Assembly: GCA_001179505.1 (NCBI GenBank) | Contig: CDMY01000376.1 | Span: 390,399-454,398, forward strand | Reading direction: 5' to 3' | DNA: 64,000 nt | Source of the DNA: Vitrella brassicaformis CCMP3155 | Lineage: Eukaryota; Protista; Chromerida | Shown: piece by piece, positions 1-14,004 of the stretch | Layout: every line of letters starts with the position of its first letter | Position numbering within the stretch: the first letter of the stretch is position 1 | Notes under the pieces: model-generated | What the model saw: only the letters and a program-made list of their open reading frames with translations | What the model was told of the DNA's origin: nothing | Databases searched by the model: none | Program-made: the position numbers and the translations under genes

Positions 1-3000
1 CAGTGAGTGCGTGTGAGTGAGTGAGTGAGTCCGTGAGTGCGGGTGTGGGCATGACATCCATCTGTCGCTGCCTGCGTGGGTGCGGGCCTACCTACATTCG
101 GGCATCCCTGGCAGGCAGACAGCAATCGGTTATGACCAGCCAGTCATCTTGGCGTGATGGTTTGTCAGTCTGGAGGTCAGCGATGCGGTGCACATGTGGG
201 GACATGAACCGGCCGATGCGACAACGATGCATTCATCGATGTCTTGTGTTGGATGTCGTGTGATTGATGATGGATGTGGTGGCCGTTCCGGGCCGCCCCA
301 ATGCGGGGCGGGTAGTGTGTTTGTCACTTTGTTTCTGTCTTTCTGGCTATCGCTCCTACCTAGCATTTCCTTCCGATTTTTCCTGAAAGCCATCCAGTCC
401 GATGAGTGAGGACGGCGCTCTTCACATCTATCTATCTACTTCGTGTCTGTCTGTGCATAATGCGATCAATGCATGTCTAGTGTGCGTGTGGGCCAGCTGT
501 TGAACTAGTTAACTAACACGCACAGCGCTCTGTGTGGGACGACCGACCGGCCGGACGATTGAACTATGGGCGAATGGATGGATTGACGGTGAGTCCATCA
601 GTCAGCGAAGGGAAATTAGGTTACAAAATGTCCCACGCAGCTAGCCAGCCAGCCAGCCAGCCAGCCGTCGGCCGGTCGAGCATCAAGCACACATAACATA
701 CATGCCAACACGTACGTTAGTTATTAGTAGTCGCACGCACCATGAATGCACTTATTCCATGCACTCCACGCAGCGCAGCCACCGATTCATCCGGCCGGCC
801 ATGTAAGTAATGTAGCATCTTGCTTACCTTACCCCCTCACTGGCCCAAACCCATCAACACATCCAAGTCATCCATCCATCCATCCATCAAAGCCATAGAC
901 ACATGGCCAGGCCAGCAGGCAGCAGCAGCTCCACGCATCGCATCTCCTCTAGTAGGTGCGTGCAGTCGACCGACCAATATGATATGTGGGTGTGTGTAAA
1001 TGAGTATGGATGTGCCCGCCTGTCTGCCTGCCTGCCCACTGGCCCGCCCGCCTCCCTCGCTTTGCTGCCTCGGTGTGCGGCATTCCGATCCGATCGGCCA
1101 GCCAGTAAGAGAAAGACAGACAGACTTATCATCGGTAGGTAATTGTGCGGAATATCATATGAGTCTGTCTGTCTGTCTGTCTGTGTGGGGCTATTTATTC
1201 ATGTGCGCACAGATAGACAGACAGATCAATGAGAGATTGATGATCATATCGTATCCGTCTGTCTGTCTGTCGAGGGACAGGACAGAAGCAGCCAACCCCA
1301 CCCAGCCCACCCCAGCCACCCACCCGATATAGCAACCCGTTCATGACATTGAGGGGCCTGCGATGCGATATGACTGATGATCGATGATGTTATTTGGTGT
1401 ATATCCATCCCAAGGCAAGGCCTTACTAGGTACTGTACTATAGACTTACCCACACACACACACACACACACAGACGCGCACTCACCCATGGCATGCACAT
1501 GGCATGGGCACACAAACGGACTCACCCACACTCGGCCGAGAAGGTAGAGAGTGAGCAGAGCACGGAGCGGAGGGCATAAAGCAAGCAACAAGCACAGCCC
1601 CGAAAGAACGAATGAACCAACCACACACACACACACACACATAAATGGACTTACTTATCATCGACGAGGGCACGCCACTCCACCCACTCATGTAATGGAT
1701 GGATGGATGGATGCGTGTGTGTGTGTTCGGGTGCTCAGCTTATGTGTCGGTGGGGTGACGTGACTTAGGGCCACAAAAGGACTGACATCACGCACCATAT
1801 ATACCGTCCATATGGACACCAGACACAAGACCACTTACAAAGACACACACACACCAGCCACGCCATTCTCATAGACAGCACAGACTGCACCCATCAACCG
1901 GCCCCACCAGAAACGGAGACAGGATACACACCGACCTCCCGCCCGCCCACCTGCCTCCCACCTGCCTGTCGTCTGTCTGTCTGTCTGTGTCAGGGTGATG
2001 CACTGACTTGAGAAAAGACCTGCGTGTGTGCACCGCATCCACAGTGGGCCCCAAAAAAAGGAAGAAACAACGCGTATGCAGAGCGTATGCAGGCAGGCGA
2101 CCAGGTGGGTACAGGTGTGCAGGTGAGCAGGCGACTGACTAGGTGGGCAACATGACATGATACGCTAGGCTAGCGAAGAAAGAATGTGAAAAACAGCAAC
2201 CCTTCCCATCCACTCATCCGCCCACCGATATCACCACACACACACGCACACGCGCACCAACTAGCAGCAGGCAGCGCGAGAGCAGTAAACCGGTTCGCAG
2301 GAATGCATGAATGAATGGATGGACGAGTGTTGACAGGGAGGCTAGGCTGGTAGAGAGGAGAGACCATGAAATGTATGGATGGATGGATGGAAGTACGTAT
2401 GTATGTATGTATGTACACAGGGGAAACAACGAACCAACACCATACGAATGAATATCGTGCACATGCAAACTTCACGACTTACAGAGACAGACAAGACGGC
2501 CGGCCCGGCAGCTAGAAGCTAGAGAGAGATATAGACAGCCCAGCCAGGCGGACAGGCAGACAGCCAGGCGGACAAGCAGACAGGCAGGCAGACAGGCATG
2601 CACACATTCATACATGCGTCAGTCACGTAGGTACACAAACGGACGGAGAGGAGTGAGGGAGTGAGGGAGGGGAGGGGTGGGGGATGGCATGCACGCACAC
2701 ACACCTCGCCGTGGCGCCAAAATCCTCTGCTTTGCCTCTCCTTCCTCCTTTTCCTCCCTACCTGCCAGCCAGCCACCAGTCAATAAGCAACAAGTCGTGT
2801 CATTCAGAGAGCGATAGACAGACAGACAGACAGACAGGTCACTAGTGTGTGTCTGGGCCCGGCCAGCTGGCCACAAGACACCGCCACCCGGCCCCCCACC
2901 CACACAACCCCCCTCCCTCTGTCGTCTCGGAAGCCGTGTGGCCAGAAACAAACAACCATTGCTGCCTGGCTGTTCACTCATTCCCATGGGTTGGCTCGAG

Positions 3001-4140
3001 GCAAAAATTTGTCTCAGCGCCTTGCTCGCTCGCCCCTCGCCACCGTGTGGTCCGTGTGATGTCATGCCTCTGCCCCCCTCCATACAGAATGCACCTGCCT
3101 GCCTGCCCTCCGTCGCTGATTCATTACATCAGTGTGTGTGGGTGTGCAGAAGTGTGTGAGCGTGTCTGTCTGTCTGTCTGTATGTAAGTATGTAAGTATG
3201 TCTGGTATGGAGTGCACAAATTGATAGATATGTGGATGGAATGGATGCAGCTTAGAAGTCAGTCAAAGTGCGTGGGGTGCGTGGGTGCATGCGTGGGTGG
3301 GTGGGTGCGAGTGGAGAGCCGAGAAGAGCCAGGGAGAGGAGAGCCTCACTCACTGAGACAGACAGAGACGGAGAGACGGGATGGGATGGAAACACACCAA
3401 CACGGATAGGATAGGACACACACACACAAACAGGTATACAAACACTCATATGCAATGCAACCCAACCACCCCACCCTGTCCTTCCCCTTCCTCACCTCCC
3501 CCATGTCATGTCATGTCATGCGTGTTAGCCATGCGCCGATTCACTCACGTACTAAGCACAACACCGATCCATCACATCAGGCGAGTAACTCAGCTCAGAC
3601 CTTACGGCCCTGTTGTTTGCCTGCCTGCCTGCCTGCCTGCCGGCTGCGGCAATCACAAAAACAACACTAGTCAAAATCCACTTTTACATCTCCACCGTCT
3701 CTCCCTCCCTCCCTCCCTCCCTCCCCCCTGTCCCCCTGTCGTTCCGTTGGCCGTGTGGACAATCAATCGTGAGAGTGTGTGTGTGGACACATTCATTCAT
3801 CCAGGCGGACTGACTGACGAAATGGTATGGTGTGTGTAGGTGTGTAGGTTAGGTAGTAGTAATTACTCGAGTGAGTGAGTGATGTGATGCCCCCGTCTCT
3901 CGTCCATCACATCAATCATATCATATCATCATGACAGTCGCACCGCACAGACCGACAACCGCGTGTGAGCAAGCAATCGCGTGGCGTGGCGTGACAGGCA
4001 GGCAGGCAGGCGAACAAACCAATCTCGATAAATAAGGCAGACAGGCAGGCAGGCAGACAATCAGTCAACAAGACAGCCGAACGGGCAGGCAAGCGGACAG
4101 ACAAGCAAGTGCGTAAGAGTGTGCGTGTGTGTGTGCGTCT
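1..4140. repeat. Microsatellite-rich intergenic DNA ((CA/GT)n, (GTCT)n, (GGAT)n, (GCCT)n, (GAGT)n)
   Basis: Dense short tandem repeats. All ORFs here are short and translate to repeat-derived peptides (THTH, CLSV, MDGW). Confidence 0.8.
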
Positions 4141-4142
4141 CA

Positions 4143-7094
4143 TCAGAATACGAGTGGCGGCAGCTCAGCAGGAGGTGTGGCTGTGGTCTTGACGAGACGC
4201 GCGAGGCGAAATGCCTTCCGGTACATCGCCTGATCGATCGGCCGACCCACCCCACCCATCACATGAAGACACACGCAGGGTGAGCAAAGGAGACATGACG
4301 AAATTCGCTCATCAGTCAGTGGCGAGGGACGTACGTACCTTGAGGTGCACGATCCTGTAGTGCGGAAAGTCGGGATCGTTCTCGATGTCCAGCCCCGGCA
4401 CGGCACACCGACGAATGCGATTCACAAACCGCTCAAACCTAAAACACCCAAGACACACACACACGACACTCACTGTCTCTGTCTCTTCCAGCCGTTCACT
4501 CCCCCCTCCCTCCCTCCTCCCGCTTATTTACTTACTGTGCCGATTTCCTCCTGAGGTCGTCTTTCATGTCTGACAGCCACTCCGGATCCACATCCATCAC
4601 AGACGTCCCAGACGACAGACTGAAGCCGGAACTGCGCGAGGGGCTGGAGACCGGCAGCCTGCTGGTGGCAGCGGTGGTGGTGGCGGCGTGGGGTGTGGCG
4701 GCCGCTGCGGCCGCACGGGCGTCCGAGAGGCGCTGGTGTGCACTGGGCGGCCCCCTGAGGATCTTCCACACCGCGGTCACGTAGTTGCGCACCAGGGCTG
4801 TGTTGACGAACCTGACAGACAGACAGACAAAGCATAACACGCAAGCCAAGCGTCAGTTAGATGATGCGATTGACAAGAAATTGTCTGTTTGCTTGTTGAG
4901 ATGTGCTGTACGTGCGGCGTTCCTCAGGGCTCTCAGCGGTCTTGAACTTCATCTCGCCTCCCTCGAGGAAGGCGTCGACGTCCTCGCCCCTCTCCTCCCT
5001 CTCCACCATCTCGGCCAGGTCGAGGTCAAACACCTGCTCGGCCGCCAGCGCTAAGGAGCACGCCTGCAGCATCTCATTGACGCCGTCCTCCAGATGGTCC
5101 AGCAGCGCCGTCAGCTTGATCAGCAGCACCGCCACCATCGCCTTGATCTTGCACCCACACAGACACGAGCATGACCTCTCCGGCGATGGCGTGACGTCCT
5201 CGGGGTCTTCCCCGTCCTCCGCTCTCCTCCCCTTGCCCACCCCACATTCGCATGGGCAGGAGCAGTCGACGGGCGGCAGGTCGACCATCCCATCGGCCCC
5301 CGCACACGACGACGCCGACTCGTCGCCGTCATCGTTCCACCTGCGTCTGTCCTTCGCCTTGCCCTCGGGAAAGAAGCTCAGCCCAAAGACAGTCGGGCAG
5401 CAGTCGAGCGAAGGGGACTCCTGCGGCCCTTCGGACATGTGCAGCCGCACCGTCGTCCGGAAGCTCTTCTGCCGGCTGGTGGGGGTGGAGGTGGGCCGGC
5501 CGGGACCCTCCGCGATGCTCACGGCCACCGAGGTCGACACGATCCGCAAAAGGCCTTGGGTGGTGGTTGGGGGCTTGATGATGCGCAGCTGGAGCAGCCT
5601 GCGAGCGGGGTAGGGGCAGGGAGGGGCGTCGGGGGAGAGAGAGGGGGACGGAGGGGGGACGGGAGAGATGGTCACCTCGCTGCACTCCCTTGTGCGGCCG
5701 ATGGGCAGGGTCAGCCGTGGTCCGAACGATGCAGATGTGGTGGATGGCAGCCACGCCTCGGCCGTCGAGATGGCCTCGCCGGCCAGATCGATGTCGAACT
5801 CCAGCATGGTGCTGTAGCTGTCCTTGCTGCCGCGGGAGAGGGCCCTGACCATCTGGTGGTGGCCCTTGGCCTCGCTCGCCTCGTACACCTCCACGTGAGC
5901 CGACGACGGGTCGCCCTCGCCATCGGAGATGACGACGAGGAACACGAGGGTCTCGGGGACCTCCTCGGTGCCCTCCACTGCGGCCTCCTTGAAGTAGGCG
6001 GATGTGGCCAGCACCCCGTCGACCGCCTGTGCCACCACCCCCTGGATCTCGCCATCGATGTCGTCATCGAGAGTGGATGGGAAGTCCCACGCCCGGCTGG
6101 AGTTGGACCGCTCTGCGTCCGAGTCGCCGTCGTCCTCCTGGTCTGTCGCCCCGATGCGTGTGCTATCGTCGCCCGTGGCCGTCTTGCCCGACACGCTCCC
6201 CGCCGGCGTGTCCTTGGAGCATGGCGGCTGCAGGGTGGTTAAAGAGTTGGAGCTCAGCGATGACTGCCGGGGTAGGGGTTGGGGGTGGGAGCCCGGCAGA
6301 CGTCCTGTGGCCTCGCCCCCGTCGCTCTCTTCCTCCCCAGCCTTGAGGTATGCGTCGAGGTCCATGGTGTGTGGCGGTTTCTGGACGTCGATCGTCATCT
6401 CGAGCGACTTCTGGGGGGCGGAGGAGGGGTCGCTCGACTGCGGGGACAGGTTGTCGGGGCCGTACGAGGCGCGCGCCTTCATCGTCCGGTCGCCGTCAGC
6501 GATGCACCGGAAGCGGTTGCCTCGCTGCATCGTCTCCCGCACATAGCTTGCCATCTTGTCGTGGCGCGCAAACACATCCGTCAGGGAGAAGCGGGGAATC
6601 GGCGAAGGGGCGTGATGATCACCTTCAGGCCTGATCGCGCTCCCCGCCCTGGCCGGCAGGAAGCTGAGCATGGTGCTCGCGGCTGTCGACGTCGATGTGT
6701 CCACTGGCGTGTGGAGCAGCTCCCCAAGACGCTGCAAGTTGCGCTCGAGGCCTTGATAGTCTATTCCTCCCTCAACCCTCTGCACATAATTCCCCTCCGC
6801 AAGCTCACTGGAAACACACACACACACGCCCACACACAGACGATCCAATCCGGCAAGTGCGTACCCCACATAGGTCTGAGCTATGGCAGGCGCGCGCACC
6901 GACCGTTCGAGGGCGTCATGAAGGGGCGGCAGGATGGGGTCGAGTGATGGTGAGGCTGTCTTGATGTGACTCGGCTCCGGCTCCGGCGACAAGGGCGAGT
7001 GGGCCCGGTCTGCCGGGCTGTAATCTTGCATCCTCCGGTTGGTTGTGCGGCTGTTGACGCCAGAGAACGTGTGGCCTCTGCGGAAGAGCGGCAT
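4143..7094 (-). CDS. Hypothetical protein, multi-exon (~900 aa), low-complexity middle and helical C-terminus
   Basis: 745-aa ORF 4857-7094 with a GT-repeat intron near 6810-6865. GT-AG joins continue in frame through FVNTALVRNYVTAVWKILRG..., QFERFVNRIRRCAVPGLDIENDPDFPHYRIVHLK and AMYRKAFRLARLVK...LVF* (stop 4143). No domain recognised. Confidence 0.7.
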
Positions 7095-7356
7095 TGCGGG
7101 CCTCCCGCCGCCAGATCTCTGCCCCTCGACTCCTCCAGAGCGATGCAGACCTAGCCCTGAGACCTCTGCGCCACCGCAAGCATCACACAGGTAACGGCCG
7201 ATCGTTTTTCAGCTCGCGCGGTGCTTGCGTAGTTCGACAACAGAGGAACATTCTGTGACAGGTGTAAGAGTCAAGATCGTCAAGATTTTCAATATCTTCA
7301 GAAGAAGCGTCGCTTCCCGGTTTCCTTTTCTCTCTCCATCTTCCCTCCCTGCTGAG

Positions 7357-9701
7357 ATGCTCAGCACCTTGCGGCATCCAGCAGGCCGTGCATGCTGCGC
7401 CACCAATGCTGTTCGACCACGGCCCGTCCGGCCCAGCCCTCGCTCAGATTTCTTTCCCCTCTCGCTCTCGTCCAGGCAACCGACGGCAACCGCACCTGCA
7501 CCTGCCATACTCCCCTCAGCCACATGCTTCGCGCGCCACACGAGGTCATGGCACCAATACGGTGGATGCGGCAGCACCCACCGCGGCTTTGGCAGTGCAG
7601 CAGCGGCAGCGACCCACCGTGGGAGGGAGGAGGGAGCACCACTGGAGGACAACGACATCCATGAGCACATCGGTCGTGACCTGCTGTCCTACCGGCAGGC
7701 GTACGACCGCATCGTCATCACCGACAGCCTGGAGCGCATCGTGGACGACTTCAACAAGGTGACCATGACGGGTGGGCAGATCGTCCACCGCATGCTGCGC
7801 AACAAGGGCGTCGAGTACGTCTTCGGCTACTCGGGGGGCGCCGTGCTGCCGCTGGTGGACTGCTTCTACGACGAGAAGATCAAGTTCTTCCTCCAGTGCA
7901 ACGAGCAGTGCACGGGCCACAGTGCGGCGGCGGTGGGCAAGTCGACGGGCAAGCCGGGTGTGGTGGTGGTGACGTCGGGGCCGGGACTGACCAACCTCAT
8001 CACACCCCTGCAGGACGCACTCATGGATGGGGTCCCCATGGTCGTCCTCTCCGGACAGGTAGGGAGGGCACCTGTGGACACACACATCTATGGGCAGACA
8101 GAGAGACAGACGTGCAGTGCAGAGTGGTGGACGTGTGTGTCTGTGTGTGTGCGAAGGTACCGACGACGGCGATGGGCACGGATGCATTTCAGGAGTGTCC
8201 GGCAACGGCCCTGACGAAGCCCTGCACCAAGTGGAACTTCCTGGCGCAGGACATCGAGTCGCTGCCATGGGCACTCGAACACGCATTCAAAACGGCTATG
8301 TCCGGACGGTATGTCAATCAGCTCAAAAAGATGGATACACTTCACTCCACCCCTTCGTGCAATGCAATCGCCCAACGTTGTGTGGTGTGGTGTGTGTGTG
8401 GCTGGTCTGCCTCTCTGTCGTTGGTGCGGTGCAGCAAGGGTCCGGTTCATGTGGATCTGCCCAAGAATGTGTCGGCCGGTACGGCGCAAATACCGATCTC
8501 CCTCATCGCACCCAGGATGGGACAGGTGAGTCAGGTCAGAGAGCACAGCACACATACATACACGCAAAGCGCCGCTGGCTGTGTGAGTGAGTGATTGTGT
8601 CCGGCCATGCCATGTCTGTCTGTGTTGTGTTGTGATGTGGCACGTTACATTAGAATGACCTGGCCTACAATCTGGCAGAGCGCGAGAACGCCAAGCTCAA
8701 GGTGGAGCCCGAGAAGATGCAAAGAGTGGCTGACCTCATCGCACGGTATGCCATGGCAGCCAGTCCCGGAGGGAGGCCACAGACGCGATACACGACATGG
8801 GTACACCCCGCGCATGACATGTCCGTCGATGTGTTGTGTGGTCAGTGCGGAGCGTCCGGTGATGTATGTGGGCCACGGTGCGTCAGAGGCGTGGAGGGAG
8901 GTCAGAGAGCTTGCCATCAAGGTCAGTAATATATATTACCCTCCCTCCCTCCTTGCCAGCCAGCCTGACAGACAGACAGAAGCCCACACGGACGTCTGTC
9001 TCTCTGTGCCTCTCTGCCTGTCTGATTGTCTGTCTGTCTGTCTGTCTCCCTTGGTGCGGTGCAGTGTGACATTCCGACGACCACGACAGTTCACGGGATG
9101 GGAATCTTCGACGAGCTGCACCCGCTGTCTCTGCACATGCTGGGCATGCACGGCTCTGCCTACGCCAACTACGCCATACAGAACGCTGACCTCATCCTCG
9201 CAATCGGAAGCAGATTCGGTCAGCCAGACACACATCCCAACAACCGTCATACAGACAGACAGATCCTGACAGACAACAGAACAGTCTCTCTCTCCCGTGT
9301 GTTGTGTGTTGTGTGTTGGTGTGGATGGATCATATGATGTGGATTGGATCAGACGATCGCACCACCGGTGTGATAAGCAAGTATGCGCCCAGGGCTCGTG
9401 CGGCAGCTGTTAAGGGCGAGGGCGGCATCGTGCACATCGATATCGAGGCACGGCAGTTCGGCAAGTGTGTCGAGCCGAACCTTGCCATCCACTCAGACTG
9501 CAGAAACGGTGTGTGAGATGGGAGACAGAGAGGGAGAGGCAGGAGGCACGCATTTCTGTCGCTGATTCGTTGTGCCGTGACTCACGTGTGTATCTCCTTC
9601 CGTCATTCCGTCATTCAGCGTTGCTTCAGCTGTTGCCCCTGGTGTCTGAGCAGACGAGGTCCGAATGGGTCGCACAGGTACTGCAGCATGGCAGCATGGC
9701 G

Positions 9702-9732
<31 letters not shown>

Positions 9733-11007
9733 TCACCACGTCTCCCTGGCTGTCCTGTCTCTCATGACCAGATCCAGAAGTGGAAGCAGAAGTTCCCCTT
9801 CTCATGGATTCCGGCCCCCGAAGGACGCATCAAGACACAAGACGTACGTAAACTATCTAACAACGTACACTAACAAACACACTCACTGCTGAAGCGAGAG
9901 CGGTAGACGCTCTGCCCCCGTGTGTGTCCTCCACACACACAGGTGTGTGACGGCATCTACCGCGCGACTCGGAAGCCCGACGTGGTGCCTGAGGGCAAGG
10001 ACGTCATCTACTGCACGGGTGTGGGCAACCACCAGATGATGACCGCCCAGTTCATCCGGTGGCGGCGGCCGCGGCAAATGATCACTTCGGGCGGGCTGGG
10101 CACCATGGGCTCGGGACTGCCCTTCTCTATCGGCGCACAGGTGCGGTGTGCTGCGCTTCACCGCCACCACCAGCACTCACATATCGGACACCGCAGCCCA
10201 CTCGTGTCTCTGTGTGTGTGTGTGTGTGGCCGTGCGGTGCGGCTGTGTGTGTCATTCAGGTGTCTCATCCCGACAGTTTGGTGATCCTGATCGATGGTGA
10301 CGGCTCCTTCAACATGACCCACGTCGACCTGGCCAGCGTGAGGCGGTATAACCTGCCCATCAAGATAGCCATCATGAATGACGGAAAGTACGCAACGCAC
10401 GACAACGCATCCCATTCCGACCATATGAACGGACCATCCATCGCATGTGCTGCGTGTGTGTGTGTGTGTGTATGTTGTGTCGTTGGCTTGGCTGGTCTGG
10501 TTGATGCGGTGCAGGCAGCAGATGGTGGCAGTGTGGCAGAAGCTCTTCTTCAATGGCCGCATGCTGGCCACCGACAACACAAACCCTGACTATGTCATGG
10601 TGCGCAGCGCAGCGCACTGCACTGCAGCGGCCGACATACACACACAGCAAATCAATCAATGTACACACGTGTGTATCTGTGTGTCGGTTGGTTTGTGCAG
10701 CTGGCGAACTCTCACGGCGTTCCTGCCGTGCGGTGCAGCCACGTGAGCGATCTCGACAAGACCATCGCAGAGTGGCTCAGCACCGAAGGGCCCTGCCTCG
10801 CAGACTTCAGGCACCATACGCACACACATCACGTACCTTGTTCATGGACGGATCCGTTTGTGTCTCTGCTCTGTGTGTGTGTGTGTGCCCAGGGTTGTGC
10901 CCGACATCTGTCTGCCGATGGTTCAGCCGGGGCGGGCACTGGACGAGATGCTGCTCAACCCGGAACAGCTCGAAAACGCCAAAATGGAGGGGCTGGCGCC
11001 ATCATGA
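7357..11007 (+). CDS. ilvB: Acetolactate synthase (AHAS) catalytic subunit, ThDP-dependent; Arg/Ser-rich N-terminal leader
   Basis: Motifs [109 protein letters not shown] and the ThDP motif IDGDGSFNM...IMND. Spliced across many GT-AG introns; stop TGA 11005-11007. Confidence 0.95.
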
Positions 11008-11686
11008 TGGATAGACAGATGGGTCACGGGTGGGTGGGGTGGCTAGACAGACAGACGGCGGTGTGTTGATGATTTGATTTGATTTGTGCGATCGACGGAT
11101 GGCACGGCACAGATGAAGGAATGAATGCAACGCAGGGCGGCCGGCCATGTGATGGTGAAAGCTATGCGTCGACATGGCCGCCGGCCCTTTTGCGGCTTGA
11201 TCAAAGGATGAATGGAGTTTGATTGATTGCGTGGTGTCTGTGATCGATGTGTGATCTCTATATCGATGTGTTGTATGTGTATGTGGGATGGATGGCTACA
11301 TCTGCATAGCTTGTGTGTTTATACGGACGGCCACATGGTGGAGTGGAGTGTGTGTGTGAGGGCAGCGGTAGCCTACGGTAGGTAGCCAAGCTTGACTCAT
11401 GCGGACGGACGGCTTGATGCGATACGATGTATGCATTGCATTGACCTATGTGTCGTCTGTGTCTGTGTCACCTGATCTCTAAACATTTTTCATTTTAATT
11501 AACCCGCCCCGTCATCGCCCCATCTGCCTTGCGAGCCGAAGACGGTCCCAAGAAAAAGATCGCCATCTCATCATTCTTTCTTTCGCCTTCCCTTCGATTC
11601 AAAATCGTTGTTCTTGAAAGCCCTTCGCACCCTGCGTACTGCCATTCGTTTCCATCGCCTTCGGCCTCGGCGCGACTTCATCGCTG

Positions 11687-14004
11687 ATGGACTCTCACAG
11701 CCAACGGCCTCCAGAACCGGAAGGTAAGGAGGCCCCCTCGTCTGCCAACTTCTTCATATGGGGGGTAGCACCCTGGACGCCTTCCAAGGTCATCAGCCGG
11801 CCATTCCTGACGGAGAAGATAGCGGGCGACATCAAGGATGTGGCCATTGGGGCCTCATGGATGGTCGCTCTTCTCGAGAACGGGGAGCTGTGGTCCTGGG
11901 GTGAGGACAGCAATGGATGCCTCGGACTGGTGGGCAATGAACCCATACACCATACATACACACTGGCATGCACTCGTTCCTGCCTTTCTCCTCTCTGGGG
12001 GTGTGTTAAGGGCCAGGACCGCACGTCAGCGCCGGAGCCCGCGCAGATTCATTTGGAAACTCACAGCTTGGCGCTTCCCACCGCCGCGTCGCGTGTCAGT
12101 TTCGTTGACACGTCGCCATCCGCCAGACCGTCGCACGCCTCTATCCGCAAGGCCAGCACTGCCACAACCGGTGCAGTGAGGATGCCCGACACAGTGGTTG
12201 GTCTGGTGGGTGGGGGGGACTTCGTGCTGGCGTGGACGGCGCGCGGCTGTCTGTATGGGTGGGGATCAAACGCCGACGGACAATTGGGCGTCGGGGATTT
12301 CAGCAATCGCTTCCAACCGGCACGAGTGGACGCCCTCGAGGACGATGCTGTCTCCCAGGTGCTTGTCGCCCACGGCCATTCTGTGTTCGCTTTATCTGAA
12401 AGGGGGAGTGTCTTCGCTTGGGGCAACAACTCAAAAAGAGAGCTGGGGCTGGACACAGGAAAGAAGAAGACCCAGGGCCACAGCCACAGCCAGGAGCCGA
12501 TTCAACCGACCGCAGCAGCTAGAGCGGCCGCCACACATGTGCAGACGAGGGTGGCCAGGCCTGAGCCCCTCGTGAGCCTGCGGCCATACAAGATCAGCCG
12601 CATCGAGAGTAAGAATGGTACGCTGCTCGCCCACATCGACCACGGCAGCAAGAAGCGAGCGGCCATGGGCGTGCATCAAGCAGCAGAAGGTGCGCTGAGC
12701 GAGGCCCTCTCTCTCAAGACACCCTCACCCGACACCAAACCAGAGCCCCAACATGCCCGCCTGCCTGTCGAAGAGGTTGAGCTGCTGCAGGGGGTGGATT
12801 TCCTGCGCAAGGTCTTTGAGCAGATGGCGTCGTGGTGGGAACAGCTGCTGCGGCTGCGGCACGGCGAGCCCGACCCCTCGTCGATGGACACAAATGCGGA
12901 CCTCCACCACCGCGCAAATAGGGAGCTGCCGGCACACGAGATGGATCAGAACGTTGAGGAGAGTGCGCTGCTGCACGCACTTGACAGCCTGGGAGGGCTG
13001 CACAGGGCGGCCGTGGCACAGCTCAAGGAGGCACAGGGCGCTCCCAGGGCTAAGAACATCCGGCTTCTGCTGACTATCTTCATTGACGACTGCCGGCTCC
13101 GCACGGTGGGTTTGTCGTCTTGTGTTGCAGACAGCATGGCACGAAGCCCTCCCTTTTCTTTTCCATGCTCTCTCCCCTTGTTGGTTGTGTGTTGGGTCAG
13201 GAGAAGGTCCAACGCACATTGGGCGCCCGGCGGCTGACGGACCTCAAGCGAACCGTCGAGAAGATCCCCGGCGAGCAGGTGCACGAGTTCGGCAACAAGA
13301 CTGCATCTGACATCAAGAAGCTCCTTGCCAGCAGCAGCCAGGCGGAGGCGATCCTGCAGCGAGTGCGCAGCGCTGATGTGTCCGACCTGCTGTGCAGAGA
13401 GCTGCAGCTGTCTCTCGCACAGACAATGGAGGCCCGTGTGCAGCTCTATGAGACACAGATCCAGCTGCTGCAGCACCTGCAGAACACCGCTCTCCATGGC
13501 CTCAGCGACGCGCCTTCGGCCAGCGACCCCACTTTGCCTGCCCTTTGTGTGGTGGCCGAGAGGTGGCGCCATCTCAAGAGCTTCTCATTGGCCAAGCTGT
13601 GTGCCGAGTGCGAGAGACACGCACACGAGTACGGGGACAAGGAGGAGTTTCTGCAGTGGCTGGTCAAGGCGTCGGATCAGAAGATCGACCAGCTGCTGCT
13701 CATGCAGAAGGACCCACCTGCCGTCATGCAGGACTGCCTGCTGCCGACACTGTGCTACGATCTTTTGCACGAGAACGCTGAGCTGCGCAAGATGGCCAAC
13801 GCCTACCAGCTGCGGGTGTTCATCCTCCACAAGAGGGCACAGGCTCATCATATTCATGGTGGGGGTGGTTTGGGAGGCACCATGGGCACACTGGGGCTGA
13901 GCAAGAGTGGCGGTGTGTCAGGGATGGGTGTGTCTGGGGGCTCTATGTCGGCTGGGATGAGCAGGGCGCCTGTGCCCCCGCTGCCGCTGAGCAGGAAGCA
14001 TTGA
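11687..14004 (+). CDS. RCC1-repeat protein with C-terminal coiled-coil/helical region
   Basis: RCC1-like repeats (VAIGASWMVALLENGELWSWGEDSNGCLG; GGDFVLAWTARGCLYGWGSNADGQLG; GHSVFALSERGSVFAWGNNSKRELG). Introns near 11931-12010 and 13107-13200; second ORF 13120-14004 is helical. Confidence 0.8.

Noticed and set aside
1-4140. Short ORFs, or a CRISPR-like or ncRNA array, in the repeat-rich start of the window
   Set aside because: Repeats are 2-4-nt microsatellites with no repeat-spacer structure. No tRNA, rRNA or snRNA signatures were seen.
4903-6947. Long overlapping or antisense ORFs (also at 45562-46710 alt frame, 60561-62353 and others)
   Set aside because: Shadow ORFs are expected from GC-rich coding sequence; they have no motifs or independent splice support.
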